Origin: Candidatus Multivoradales bacterium
GTDB taxonomy: Bacteria; Acidobacteriota; Thermoanaerobaculia; Multivoradales; J023
DNA length: 64,000 nt
Direction: 5' to 3'
Assembly (NCBI GenBank): GCA_965248925.1
Contig: CBDFLE010000006.1
Span: forward strand, 4,736,001 to 4,800,000
A model generated the notes under the pieces. That model saw nothing but the letters and a program-made list of their open reading frames with translations, had not been told where the DNA came from and searched no databases. Each line of letters begins with the position of its first letter. Within the stretch, counting starts at the first letter, position 1. This document shows, one piece after another, positions 18,569 to 28,487 of the stretch. Both the position numbers and the translations under genes were made by a program.

Positions 18569-20250
18569 GTGGTGCAGTGGCTAGAGGCGCAGGCACAGCG
18601 CGAGGAAGTGGCCAGGCCGATCCGCGAGCGCATGCGGCAAGAAGCCGCCCGAGCACCGGTGCGCGTCAGCCAGATGATCGCCTTGATTGCGGAGCGCCTT
18701 TTTGATTCGGAGCTTAGTGTCAAGAGTGTCGCCCTCGCCTGTGGCATTCGTGACAAGTCGATCTCCACCCATTTCGGTCGCCAGCTGGGCTGCACACCCC
18801 GACCCTACATCCGCGAAGCACGGCTGGAAACAGCCGCCGCTTTGCTGCGCACTACCCAGCTGCCGATCTTCGTCATTGCCGAGCTGGTTTGCTACGGCGA
18901 TCTCAGCAGCTTCGGCCATGCCTTCGAACGCTGGGATGGACAATCGCCAACAGCCTACCGGCAGCAGGCCACAGAGCACGCGCCGGGCCAGGAGCAGGTG
19001 TCCGATCCACCTCTCAGCGTGGCCACTTTGCGTCGAGTCTTGAACGGTAGTGCGGCTCCTGATGTGGTGCGGAAAGTGCTTTGCCGGGTCCAGTCGCTCT
19101 ATGCGGGACGACTGGACCCGAGGGTCGATCTGGCAGGCTCTGGCGAGCCGGAGATTGTCGATGGACGCAACTTTGAGCGGGTCTCGGCCGCCATCGAGTG
19201 GGAGACGCTACGCCAGCGCTCGCCGCAAGAGCAGATTGTCCGGGTTCGGGATCGCCTGCGCTTCCCCTCGGCGGCCCTCTGCAATCTGTTGCTCACTAAG
19301 AGCCGCGAGCAAGGTCGCACCGACCGCGCAGAAGGTGTCCGCCTGGTGGAACTAGCCTTGCATCACCTCGAGGGTAGCGCGGCGCTGCTCGGCGACAGGC
19401 TGCCGGACGTGCGCGCCAGAGCCTTGGCTCATCTTGGCAATGCTCATCGGCTGGCGCTCGATTTCGCCGCCGCCGAGCAGGCGTTTGCCGATGCCAAGGC
19501 CGAGTGGTATATGCCGCGGGAGCATCCTGATCAGACTGTACTCGCGGAGTCGCTTGCGCTTTTGTCGGCACTCCGCGTCTTTCAGCGTCGCCTTGACGAG
19601 GGGCTGCAGCTCATCAACGAAGCAATCACCTGCTTCAAGGCGGTGGAGGTTCCAGAACTCCTGGCACGGTCGTTGATCCGGCGCGCCTTGATTCATGATC
19701 TTCAAGCTGACTATCAAGCGGCAGTCCTCGATCTCCGCGTAGCGGCTGCTCTACTTGAAGAGGGACAGGATCCCTATCAGGATCTGGTCATAGCCAAGAA
19801 CCTGGCCACCTCCTATTCACTCGCCGGAAAGTACGACAAGGCGGAAGCTGCGCTGGCCCGTGCTCGCCAATGCTGTAAACGTAGCCAGAACCCCGTCGAT
19901 TGGGTGCAACTCACCTGGATCAAGGGCTTGATTCATGAGGGGCGACACCAGCTTGACCAGGCAGCCGGCTGCTATTCCGGTGCGCGGCTAGGCTTCATTG
20001 CGCGGCAAGAATGGGGCCATGACGCGGCCGTCTCACTCTACTTGGCAGGGGTCCTGGTCAAGCAAGACAAGATGGAGGAGGCGCTACCGGTGATCGCCGA
20101 GACCCTGCCGCTTCTTGACAGTCTTGGGTTGCACCCGATGCTCTCGAAGCACGCGGCCTACTCGGGCAAGCCTTGGTCGCTCAAGAGGTGAATTTGGCAG
20201 CTCTCCTGCGAGCCCGGGACCTACTTGACCGCATGCGACGCAACAGCTGA
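18569..20250 (+). CDS. AraC-type HTH + TPR regulator; probable 1-nt frameshift near 20135 (called ORF stops at 20191)
   Basis: N-terminal AraC motifs (LSVKSVALACG...FGRQLGCTPRPYIREARLETAAALLRTT...IAELVCYGDLSSFGHAF); TPR helices; a helical C-terminus continues in another frame to TGA 20250. Confidence 0.8.
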
Positions 20251-20368
20251 CGTCTGAAGGTGGACGACGGCTCCATCGCCCACCCACTACCAACATTGGT
20301 TTCTCCTTCTAGCCGTAGGGATCTCCCAGCGGGAAGAACCCATCTGGGGCCGAGTGCGGGAAGAAGAT

Positions 20369-20440
20369 CTACGGATCAAGATGCGGCCTGGCGCAAGATG
20401 CTTTCTCCGCTGCCGTCACAACAAACATCAGCAAGGTCAT
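20369..20440 (-). CDS. Putative 23-aa small peptide MTLLMFVVTAAEKASCARPHLDP
   Basis: AAGGAGG RBS 6 nt before ATG; hydrophobic N-terminus; not listed separately in the ORF track. Confidence 0.35.
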   Translation of the reverse strand: MTLLMFVVTAAEKASCARPHLDP

Positions 20441-20808
20441 TGGTTGCCTCCTTGGGTCACCAGGGCCTCTGCCGGGATGGCAGCACCCGATATCGATGAA
20501 CCCTAGCGCTGGGCAGGAGATCACACCAGTAGTTCGAACAATTTCAAGGACCCGAGACAAGGGAGGTCCAACCAGGCGCGGCTGGCGGGGGCCAGCACCA
20601 GCATTTGGCACGAATGGACAGGTGGCGTCGCCACAACTCACCAGGATGATCTCCTTCAGGGGCCTACCCATTCCCTGCCAAAGTCCTGGTCCTGGATGCG
20701 GCATGAAAGACGCTTCCTCCCATCAGCGGCCAGGCGGTAGTCATTGCCCCTGCTCTCTCGACTGGCGCTCGTTCTGGCCGCCGCTTTTTGCTCTCTGAAG
20801 GAGTAGTC

Positions 20809-21258
20809 GTGGATGAAGAAAGTGTGGAAGTGCCCTGCCACCCGAGATTGCTGCAGATCACGGTGACAGTGCCCGAGGGTTTGATCGGATTGCTGCACGA
20901 ATATGCTGACCTTTTGGGAGTCTCTCTCAGTCAGGCCGTCGGTACGGCGGTCCAGCGCTATCTTCGCAATTGGAACCTCGCGGAGCTGGTGCTACACGAT
21001 CAGATCGAACGGCTGCTAGCCGCCGACGGCCGCAGCTGGCGGCAGGTTTCCGAGCTGCTCGACCCGCGTTGTGAAGGCGGCATCGAATACGAACGCTTGA
21101 TCTGCAACCTCGATGCCCGCATTGCCCGCAGGGGTGGCCAAGTCCGGCGCCTGCAGTGGCTACATCAGCGCCTGATCCAAGAGCTCGATGACCAGCTGCT
21201 TGCCAAGGCGCGCCGGCTAGTTGAGGCGGTCGTAGGCGGAGAGTGGAGTGCGACCTAG
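20809..21258 (+). CDS. Hypothetical protein with ribbon-helix-helix-like N-terminus
   Basis: AAGGAG before GTG 20809; LQITVTVPEGLIGLLHEYADLLGVSLSQAVGTAVQRYL fits the CopG/RHH pattern. Confidence 0.55.
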   Translation: MDEESVEVPCHPRLLQITVTVPEGLIGLLHEYADLLGVSLSQAVGTAVQRYLRNWNLAELVLHDQIERLLAADGRSWRQVSELLDPRCEGGIEYERLICNLDARIARRGGQVRRLQWLHQRLIQELDDQLLAKARRLVEAVVGGEWSAT

Positions 21259-21475
21259 ATGGCATAGCACCCCATTCGCGAGCCGGTTGCTCAGCAGCTG
21301 TCCTAGCTTCGGGCTGCCAACGGAGTTCATGCTCGCCCGTGCCGGAGGAACACTCAACGAGGGAATCGTGGGCGACCCACTATTTGAAATGAAACTGTGG
21401 CAAAATGGACAGCGATGATCGTACTCGTAAGAAAAACTTGATCTTAAGAGACTGAGATCTACTAACAATGGAGGC

Positions 21476-22279
21476 ATGAGAATGAAGTGCTTGTCCGTCA
21501 GTAACGACAGAGAGTTCATGGGGCGAAGGAATCGTTTACCGATTTTCTTACTTGCAACTCTTGCAATGCTACTCATATTAGCCGCCAGTGACCTGGTGGC
21601 TCAGGATGAAACTAAAGAGCCGGATCCAATCTTCGTGGTCAAACGTCCGTGGCGAGAACCGACCCACCCAGACTGGGTTTCCGCCGACGCTGCCCAAGTA
21701 GGCGGTAAGCTCAACGAGGATCTATTCCGCTGGCCACGGGGGCTACGCAGACTGCTCAACTCGCAGCCGGTTGATCCCGAATCTGGGTGTATACCCTACG
21801 GGAAGACCGACGATGTCTTCCCGGATTTCCTGGGTTTCGAGTCCTCGCGGCTGGTCGCACACCTGAAGATTACACATGCCGTCCCCGGCTTCTTGGGCGG
21901 CTTCCCCGGCACACTTTTCCGTGGTACTTTGGCTGGAGGAGGATTGTTGCGCAAACCCGTCACTCTTGAGGACCAACAGGTTTTCGACTTCTTCATGCTC
22001 AGTGGCCGGGTACCTTTGGAAGATAAAGTTATCTGCGCCGACGACCGCCGCTTTCCTCACGATCTGCGGGTTGGCGACGAAGCGATCATCTTCTCCGCCG
22101 ACACATTCGTCCCAACTCCGTCGGAGAGTTTTGTCGAGATTGGCTACGGTGGCGTCTTGGCCTTTCGCGACGGCTGGATGCTGCTGCAAGGGGAAGCTCA
22201 GAAGCGCCTGAAGCTAAGCGATAGCAGAGAAAAGACCCTCGAAATCATCCGTGGAAAGCTTGCTAAGGAGGCTGAGTGA
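21476..22279 (+). CDS. Secreted hypothetical protein
   Basis: Signal peptide (LPIFLLATLAMLLILAASDLVA); GTGA coupling to the downstream protease gene; start uncertain (21476/21482/21518). Confidence 0.65.
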   Translation: MRMKCLSVSNDREFMGRRNRLPIFLLATLAMLLILAASDLVAQDETKEPDPIFVVKRPWREPTHPDWVSADAAQVGGKLNEDLFRWPRGLRRLLNSQPVDPESGCIPYGKTDDVFPDFLGFESSRLVAHLKITHAVPGFLGGFPGTLFRGTLAGGGLLRKPVTLEDQQVFDFFMLSGRVPLEDKVICADDRRFPHDLRVGDEAIIFSADTFVPTPSESFVEIGYGGVLAFRDGWMLLQGEAQKRLKLSDSREKTLEIIRGKLAKEAE

Positions 22280-23051
22280 TGCGCCGAAACTACTTGGCGC
22301 ACCTGTCCATTGTATGCTTGCTTACGTTGCCTGCCCACGGGCAGTCGTGCGTCAATCGAGAGGTCCCGTTCGAAACCCCAAGTTTTAGCAACGTGGTCTT
22401 CAATCTGAGTAATGTTCCTGCAACCCACCGGGGCAGGTTTAGAGAGGCTATGGCTGCTTGGAATTCCCAGTCGTGCAACACGGAAGGAGCATTCGGCGCT
22501 GATTATGATTTTCCCTATCTCAAGGAAGGGGCAGCCTCGGCGTACGATTTTCAGGCTTTCGTCTTCTTCCACCAGAGACCGAATCCACGCAATACAGAGT
22601 CTTGTGGTAGGCGCGGTGCTGACGAGATCCATCTCTATTCCACAGCCACGTTGACCAATGGAACCACGACCTACACGGTCGATTGCCGAAACCCGGCAGT
22701 CATGGCCGATACCGCCGCGCATGAAATCGGCCATATGTTGGGACTTGGGCACATCAACAACCAGACCTGCGTCACCTCTATTATGGCCGGTCTCGGTATT
22801 TCCCCACAGGGGCAGTTGATCAACAGAAGCATTCAGGCAGTTGAATGCCAGACCGTTGCCACCTCCCATGAGACTCCCGATGAGGCGCAAGCAGAAGAAG
22901 ACTGGTGCGGGACAGAGGGAACTGCTTGCCATGATGGGGACTACGATTACTGTAGCCCGATCGTCGTCCCGCTGACCGAGAAGTAAGACCTCGCCCCGCC
23001 CCACCTGGACAGATTGGCCTCAGTCGGGTAGCGAGTTGCGTCGTTCGGCGG

Positions 23052-24587
23052 TCAATCGCCGGGAATGGCCGGCAGGGTGACGGTGCCGGGTTTTTCGAGA
23101 GCGGCCCGAGTCGCCTTGAGCAGGTACGCGTAGGGCTCATCGCCGGCAAGCTTGGCGCTCTCGGTGAGGCTGTAGAGGATCGCCGCGACCTCGGTTCCCC
23201 GCTTGGAGCGCGACCCGTAGTGGTTCTTGCGTCCGATGACGACGCCTCGCAGCTCCCGCTCTGCAAGGTTGTTGTCGAGGGGAATTAGGGGGTTTTCAAG
23301 AAAACGCGTTAGCCCTTTCCAATGGCCGAGCAGGTAGTTGACTGCCTTGCCCAATCCGCTGCGCGGCAGGGCTACGGGTCTGGTCTCCATAGCCCAAGCT
23401 TGCAGCTTTTTGAGAATGGGCCCGGAGTGCTCGGCGCGCAGCTTCAGGCGCAGATCCAGAAGCTCTTGCGGCTCCGGAACTTGGATAGCCGGTACCTTCC
23501 GCTCCACTTTGAAAAGATCGCTGATCATGTCCAGCGCTTGACCACAGTGTTTTGGGTAGTTGTGCTCTGCGTCGGCGAATTTTCTTCGTGCGTGTGCCCA
23601 GCAGTGGGCCAGTGTGAATCCAGGACCGGCGCGGGATGCCGACTGATCGTCCCTCTTGGCCTCACTCTTGGCCAGAGCCTTGTAGGCCGAGTATCCGTCG
23701 CACACCACGATGCCCTGATAACCAGAGAGGATCGACCTGGCAGATTTTTCCGAGCGAGTTCCGCACAATCGATAGAACACCGCCTGCCGATTGGCCACGC
23801 TCCACACCCACCACTTGGAATTTTCTTGACGAGTCACCAGCCGCCAGTGAGTCTCGTCGGCGTGGACCACCGGAGCCATGAGCACCTTGTCATGCAGAGC
23901 CAGGTAGCTCGGCGTCAGCACCCTGGCCAAAGCTTCGATCTGGTCCCACAGAGTCTGCGAGCTGACGTTCAGCCCTTCCCGCGCCATGCTTCGGCTCTGG
24001 CGCTCAAGAGGTGCATGGTCAAGGTATTTGCTGATTGCCACCTCGACCGCGAACTCTGGTGCATAGCGCCCTCCAGGGATCAGCTTTGGCAGCGCTGGCG
24101 CCGTGACCACTGCCGCGTTGCAGCGACAGCGATACTTCTGACGCTGGTGCTTGACCATGATGAAGTGTCGCCGGACTACGGAGATCTCGTCGGAATCTTC
24201 CGTCTGATCACCCATCGGCTGAAGGGAGCCGTCGCAGGTCGGGCAAACCTGCTCTGCAATGGGTAGCTCGAGGAGTTTCTCGACCACTGGCAGCAAGGGC
24301 TGCGGAGTCGGCCCGTGGCCGGTCTGCGGCTTACGCTCCGACGCTGGGGTCCGCGTCCTGGGGCGTTTCTCCGAGGACGGGCCGAAGATCTTTCGCTCGC
24401 GTTGAGCGAGAATCTCCTGCAGTTGCTCAAGCTCAAGTTGCAGGGTAGCAGCGCCGGCCCCTGCAAGATGTGCGTTGCTAACTATCAGATTCTTGATGCG
24501 CTCGTGCAGGTGTCGATTCTCGCGATCGAGCAGCAGCGCAATTTGACGCAGAACGTCGGGGCGCTGTTCGTTCTCGATCCGAAGCAT
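23052..24587 (-). CDS. tnpC: IS66 DDE transposase TnpC
   Basis: Leucine zipper + FGPSSEK, CPTC zinc finger, VHADET, VCDGYSAY, AHCWAHARRKF, DNNLAERELR. Confidence 0.95.
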   Translation of the reverse strand: MLRIENEQRPDVLRQIALLLDRENRHLHERIKNLIVSNAHLAGAGAATLQLELEQLQEILAQRERKIFGPSSEKRPRTRTPASERKPQTGHGPTPQPLLPVVEKLLELPIAEQVCPTCDGSLQPMGDQTEDSDEISVVRRHFIMVKHQRQKYRCRCNAAVVTAPALPKLIPGGRYAPEFAVEVAISKYLDHAPLERQSRSMAREGLNVSSQTLWDQIEALARVLTPSYLALHDKVLMAPVVHADETHWRLVTRQENSKWWVWSVANRQAVFYRLCGTRSEKSARSILSGYQGIVVCDGYSAYKALAKSEAKRDDQSASRAGPGFTLAHCWAHARRKFADAEHNYPKHCGQALDMISDLFKVERKVPAIQVPEPQELLDLRLKLRAEHSGPILKKLQAWAMETRPVALPRSGLGKAVNYLLGHWKGLTRFLENPLIPLDNNLAERELRGVVIGRKNHYGSRSKRGTEVAAILYSLTESAKLAGDEPYAYLLKATRAALEKPGTVTLPAIPGD

Positions 24588-24608
24588 GCGTCTATTATAG
24601 ATCAGAAA

Positions 24609-24983
24609 TCAGGCTGCGTCAGCAACCTTTTTCCTCACAAATAGGGGCGGCGAGAGCCTCATCTTTCCGATCAGCTTGCTGCCCTCCAAGAACAAGGCCA
24701 GCTCACTCATAGTCAGCCGCAGCCGGTCCTCTTCCCGTTCGCGCCACAGACAGGCAAACCGCCCCTGCTCGAGCCGCTTGCTGTAGACACAGAGCCCGGT
24801 ACCGTCCCAGACCAGAACCTTCGCGAGGGTTTGCGCCCGATTGACGAATAGGAACAGATCGCCTGAGAGAGGGTCTTGGTCAAGCTCGCCGGTCACCAGA
24901 CCCGAGAGACCGTCGAACCCCTTGCGGAGGTCGGCAGGCGCACCGAAGGCGTAGACGCTGACCCGGCGGGTCGAGCCGATCAT
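24609..24983 (-). CDS. tnpB: IS66 accessory protein TnpB
   Basis: DLRKGFDGL...DPLSGDLFLFVNR...KVLVWDGTGLCVYSKRLEQGRF. Confidence 0.95.
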   Translation of the reverse strand: MIGSTRRVSVYAFGAPADLRKGFDGLSGLVTGELDQDPLSGDLFLFVNRAQTLAKVLVWDGTGLCVYSKRLEQGRFACLWREREEDRLRLTMSELALFLEGSKLIGKMRLSPPLFVRKKVADAA

Positions 24984-25354
24984 CCGAGCGCTTCCAGCAG
25001 CAATGCCACGTCGGCCAGAGCCAGGCCCTCCACGCGGTGGCCAGCGACAGTCACCAGGACCAAGCCCTCTCGATGGCTTCGATTCATGATTGCTACTTCG
25101 TCGGCCTCTACGACTTCGACCGCCCGCAGCTGAATCGGCCTCGGCGGCGCTGCCTCGATCCAGCGGCGGAGCGTGTCGACGCCGACTCCCAAAGCAGCGG
25201 CCACCCGGCCCAACCGATCGCCGTTGGACTGCGCTTCCAAAGCAACTTCCACGGCTTCTGCCCGAAGGGAAGCCGGATACCGACATCCGCGGCCTGGGCG
25301 GCAGCCAAAGTAGACCTCGACCTGATGACGAAAGCTCGCAATTCGTTGTTCCAT
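24980..25354 (-). CDS. tnpA: IS66 accessory HTH protein TnpA
   Basis: RBS AAAGGAGG; RYPASLRAEAV...VAAALGVGVDTLRRW HTH; ATGA overlap with tnpB. Confidence 0.85.
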   Translation of the reverse strand: MEQRIASFRHQVEVYFGCRPGRGCRYPASLRAEAVEVALEAQSNGDRLGRVAAALGVGVDTLRRWIEAAPPRPIQLRAVEVVEADEVAIMNRSHREGLVLVTVAGHRVEGLALADVALLLEALG

Positions 25355-26309
25355 AACGGTTCCTCCTTTTGAGGAATCACCATGCAACAGATCCGGCCGC
25401 TTGGCCAGACGGGGCGCGGCGATGTCTTACACCGAGAAGACAGAACTAGTCTTTACTTCGCCGGATAAGGGCGTCGAGATTGATCTCGATGGCGATGGCA
25501 TCAAGGACCGGGTTGGCAGGACTTATCCCGGTAGCCAGCTGGCGCTTCTCTGGCGGGACCGAAATGGCAATGGCAAGGTCGAGGATGGTAGTGAGCTGTT
25601 CGGCTCCTCGACGCTGCTGAGGGATGGTACTTTGGCACTCAATGGCTACTTTGCGTTGGGTGATATGGACGCCGATCACAACGGCTGGGTCGAGCCCAGA
25701 GACGCGGGATGGAGTGAGCTTCTGCTGTGGGTGGATGAAAACCACGATAGCGAGAGCCAACAGCGAGAGATCTTGACTCTCGATATGGCGGGGATCTACG
25801 CTCTTCGGGTCTAGGCGTTACCCCTTAGCTTGCGCGATGAGCACGGAAACTGGTCTTGGTGGTGGTCGGAGGCCTACATCGAGAACGATTCCGGCGAGAC
25901 CTTCAAGGTGCCGACAGTCGATGTGTTTTTTGTTCATGGTGGCCACTGACTTGGTCCGCCGTTTGGCCAAGGAGCCAAACGGCCGGTCGGTGGCCAAAGC
26001 TAGCCCGCTGGTCCGATTTGGCTGGGTGGCGAGAGAGTGGCGGCAGGGCTCGTCAGCGGCGGGCAATGCTGCTATATTGGACCTTCGTTCTGGGCCTTTT
26101 TCGTGTCGAAGGCCGGTGCGCGGCTGCTGGCTTGCGATTTGTAGCCAGCTAGCGTACCCACCTCGTGTACCCAGTTCGCAGTCCGGGGGGACTAAGTGCC
26201 ATTTTGCAGACCTCAATGCCGCAGCCGCTCAGCGGTCGTCGTCCGCTCTGTGCTTGGTGGGAGGTAGCTGGCAGCGCCGGTATTCTGAGGTCGGTGGCGG
26301 GATTCAACC

Positions 26310-27824
26310 ATGCAGCAAGAGGGCTTTTTAGAGGATTTCATTGGCGAGGCTCGGGAGATCATCGAATCTGTCGAGGAGGGATTGCTGAACCTAGAATCAG
26401 CGTCGGCTGGGGCCCGCTTGAAGATTCTCGACACGGTGCGCCGTGGTCTGCACACCCTCAAGGGCAATGCCGGCATGATGGGGCTGAGCAAGATTCAGCA
26501 GCTCGCCCACCGGCTGGAGGATCTGGTCGAGGAGCTGGATTCCGCACGCCCTGACGTCAGCCATCTGTTGGCTGGTCTTGATCGCTGTCGGGAATTGCTT
26601 GACGAGGCTGAAAATGTTGGCCAGAAGGAGGACGTCTCTGCTGCTGGGCTGGCAGGCAGTCTGCGGGTGGGCGCAGCGGCCCTCGACTCGCTGGTCGACA
26701 GGCTGGCGGAGATGGTGGTGTTGCGCAACCGTCTCCAGGAAGTGATTGACCGTGGCCGGTCGCTGTTGCCGGCGCGAGACTTCTGGAATGAGCTGGAGCA
26801 GACCGAGGAGCGATTGGGCAAGAATCTGCAACAGATTCGCACCGAAGTGATGGGCCTGCGTCTAGTACCGCTGGGCACTCTCTTCGGGGCCCTGCGGCGG
26901 ATTGTTCACGACGAGGCGCGGCGCTCTGGCAAGGAAGTCGAGTTTGATATCACCGCCAGTGAGACCACCCTCGATAAGGGTCTGCTGGAGGTCGCCAGCC
27001 AAGCTCTGGGACATATGGTTCGCAACGCCGTGGTGCACGGGATCGAGTTGGCCGCGGAGCGCCTCCGGGTCGGCAAACCGGCCTCAGGTCGAGTGAGCCT
27101 GGAGAGCGAGATTCGTGGCGATGAGGTGCTGATTACCCTGGCTGACGACGGTGCTGGCGTCGATCGTCAAGCGTTGGCGGAGGTCGCGACCCGTCATGGG
27201 CTCAAAGCCACCGCCGAACATGAACTGCTCGGCACCCTCTTTCTGCCCGGTTTGAGCACTCACTCCGGAACCGATCTCGGTGCCGGTCGCGGAATCGGTC
27301 TGTCTGCGGCGGTGGGTGCCGTTCAAGGCATGGGGGGTCGCATCGAGGTCAGTTCAGAGAGCGGCCAAGGCACCAGTTTCCGAGTCTTCTTGCCGCTGGC
27401 GGTGTCGACCGCGCGGGCCTTGATGCTGCGGGTCGACGGCGAGATCTATGCCCTGCCGTTGGCCACCATCGTCGAGGCTCAGCAGCTGCTGGTGGAGGAG
27501 GGCGCGGAGCAGCTCTCGGGCGAAGTCTACCGTTGGCGACAGCAAGATGTGCCGGCGATCGACCTGGGTTTCCTGTTCGGCACCGCGCGCTTGCCACGGG
27601 CCGAGGGCTACGCGGTGATGATCGAAGTCGATCAACAACAGCGGGCGTTGCTGGTCGATACTCTGATCGAGATCCGCGAGATCGTGGTTAAGGATCTCGA
27701 CCCAGTTTTCGGTGGGCCTCTCGGGATCGGCGGCACCACCGTGTTGCCAGATGGGCGTGCGGTGTTGATGCTCAATCCGCTGGGCCTAATGGCGGCCGAG
27801 ATCGTAGTGGAGAAGAGTGCGTGA
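26310..27824 (+). CDS. cheA: Chemotaxis histidine kinase CheA (no P2 domain)
   Basis: Hpt LHTLKGNAGMMG, HMVRNAVVHGIE, DDGAG, GRGIGL, C-terminal CheW domain; very short P1-P3 linker. Confidence 0.93.
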   Translation: MQQEGFLEDFIGEAREIIESVEEGLLNLESASAGARLKILDTVRRGLHTLKGNAGMMGLSKIQQLAHRLEDLVEELDSARPDVSHLLAGLDRCRELLDEAENVGQKEDVSAAGLAGSLRVGAAALDSLVDRLAEMVVLRNRLQEVIDRGRSLLPARDFWNELEQTEERLGKNLQQIRTEVMGLRLVPLGTLFGALRRIVHDEARRSGKEVEFDITASETTLDKGLLEVASQALGHMVRNAVVHGIELAAERLRVGKPASGRVSLESEIRGDEVLITLADDGAGVDRQALAEVATRHGLKATAEHELLGTLFLPGLSTHSGTDLGAGRGIGLSAAVGAVQGMGGRIEVSSESGQGTSFRVFLPLAVSTARALMLRVDGEIYALPLATIVEAQQLLVEEGAEQLSGEVYRWRQQDVPAIDLGFLFGTARLPRAEGYAVMIEVDQQQRALLVDTLIEIREIVVKDLDPVFGGPLGIGGTTVLPDGRAVLMLNPLGLMAAEIVVEKSA

Positions 27825-28477
27825 GCAAGCAGCGGCAACCCTCCGCTGGTGACCGGCCAGCGGCTGAGAAGTCGCTCGAAGCGGTGGCTGAGAAGGCCGC
27901 TGGCGAGCGCTCGCAGGGCAAGATTACCCTGCCCTCCTCAGGCTTGGCGGAAGAAATCCTGGAACTGCTCGAGCAGCAGCAAGCCCGTGCCGCGGCGGCG
28001 GAAGAAGTCAGCATGGCATGGGTGGCTTTCGGCTTGGGTGGCACTTCGTTCGCGCTGCCGGTTGAGAGCGTGCGAGAGGTGGTTCGCATCGAATCCATCA
28101 CGCGCGTGCCCCACACCGCCCAGGCGGTGGCCGGCCTGACGACGGTGTGGGGGCAGCCTGTACCGGTGATCGACCTGCGGCGGCGGATCGGCATCGAGGC
28201 GAGTGCCCTCGACTCTGACAGCCGTCTTTTGGTCACCAGTGGAAATCGCCCGCTAGGCTTGTTGGTGGACCGAGTGGAACAAGTTTTTCGAGTTTTGCCG
28301 AGTCGGGTGGCACCGACGCCAAGGGAGCTGCCGGGCACTGCCGGCGAGTTGGCCACGGGATCGTTTGATCCCGGGTCACGGCGTTCAGTGCTGCTCGACC
28401 TCGCTTCTATTTTGCGCTTCCAACGGACGACCGCGGGGCCAGGGAATGCCGCTGCCAGATCCCAGGAAGCATCGTGA
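27821..28477 (+). CDS. cheW: CheW coupling protein
   Basis: FALPVESVREVV...ITRVPH...GLTTVWGQPVPVIDLR...GLLVDRV. Confidence 0.92.
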   Translation: MSKQRQPSAGDRPAAEKSLEAVAEKAAGERSQGKITLPSSGLAEEILELLEQQQARAAAAEEVSMAWVAFGLGGTSFALPVESVREVVRIESITRVPHTAQAVAGLTTVWGQPVPVIDLRRRIGIEASALDSDSRLLVTSGNRPLGLLVDRVEQVFRVLPSRVAPTPRELPGTAGELATGSFDPGSRRSVLLDLASILRFQRTTAGPGNAAARSQEAS

Positions 28478-28487
28478 GGAGAAGATC

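Larger units (their letters stand above)
22983..25430 (-). mobile_element. IS66-family insertion sequence, complete (2448 bp)
   Basis: Terminal IRs GTAAGACCTCGCCCCGCCCCACCTGG and GTAAGACATCGCCGCGCCCCGTCTGG; 8-bp TSD ACCGAGAA at 22975-22982 and 25431-25438; three-gene organisation. Confidence 0.97.
22276..25949 (+). pseudogene. Secreted metzincin (matrixin-like) protease with a C-terminal DxDxDG calcium-binding-like domain, interrupted by IS66 and a nonsense codon
   Basis: HEIGHMLGLGH plus SIM Met-turn. Removing the IS and one TSD restores ...SPIVVPLTEK-TELVFTSPDKGVEIDLDGDG... in frame. An in-frame TAG lies at 25812-25814 and the frame then continues to TGA 25949. Confidence 0.85.

Noticed and set aside
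20084-20296. 70-aa minus-strand ORF as a confident gene
   Set aside because: The RBS is good, but most of the ORF is antisense to the AraC-TPR 3' end; kept only as part of a hypothesis.
25812-25814. Programmed TAG readthrough or pyrrolysine
   Set aside because: The gene is already broken by IS66 and other genes here use TAG as a normal stop; a nonsense mutation is simpler.
25401-25814. Independent 137-aa gene from the ORF track
   Set aside because: Its start lies inside the IS66 inverted repeat; it is the distal half of the interrupted protease gene.
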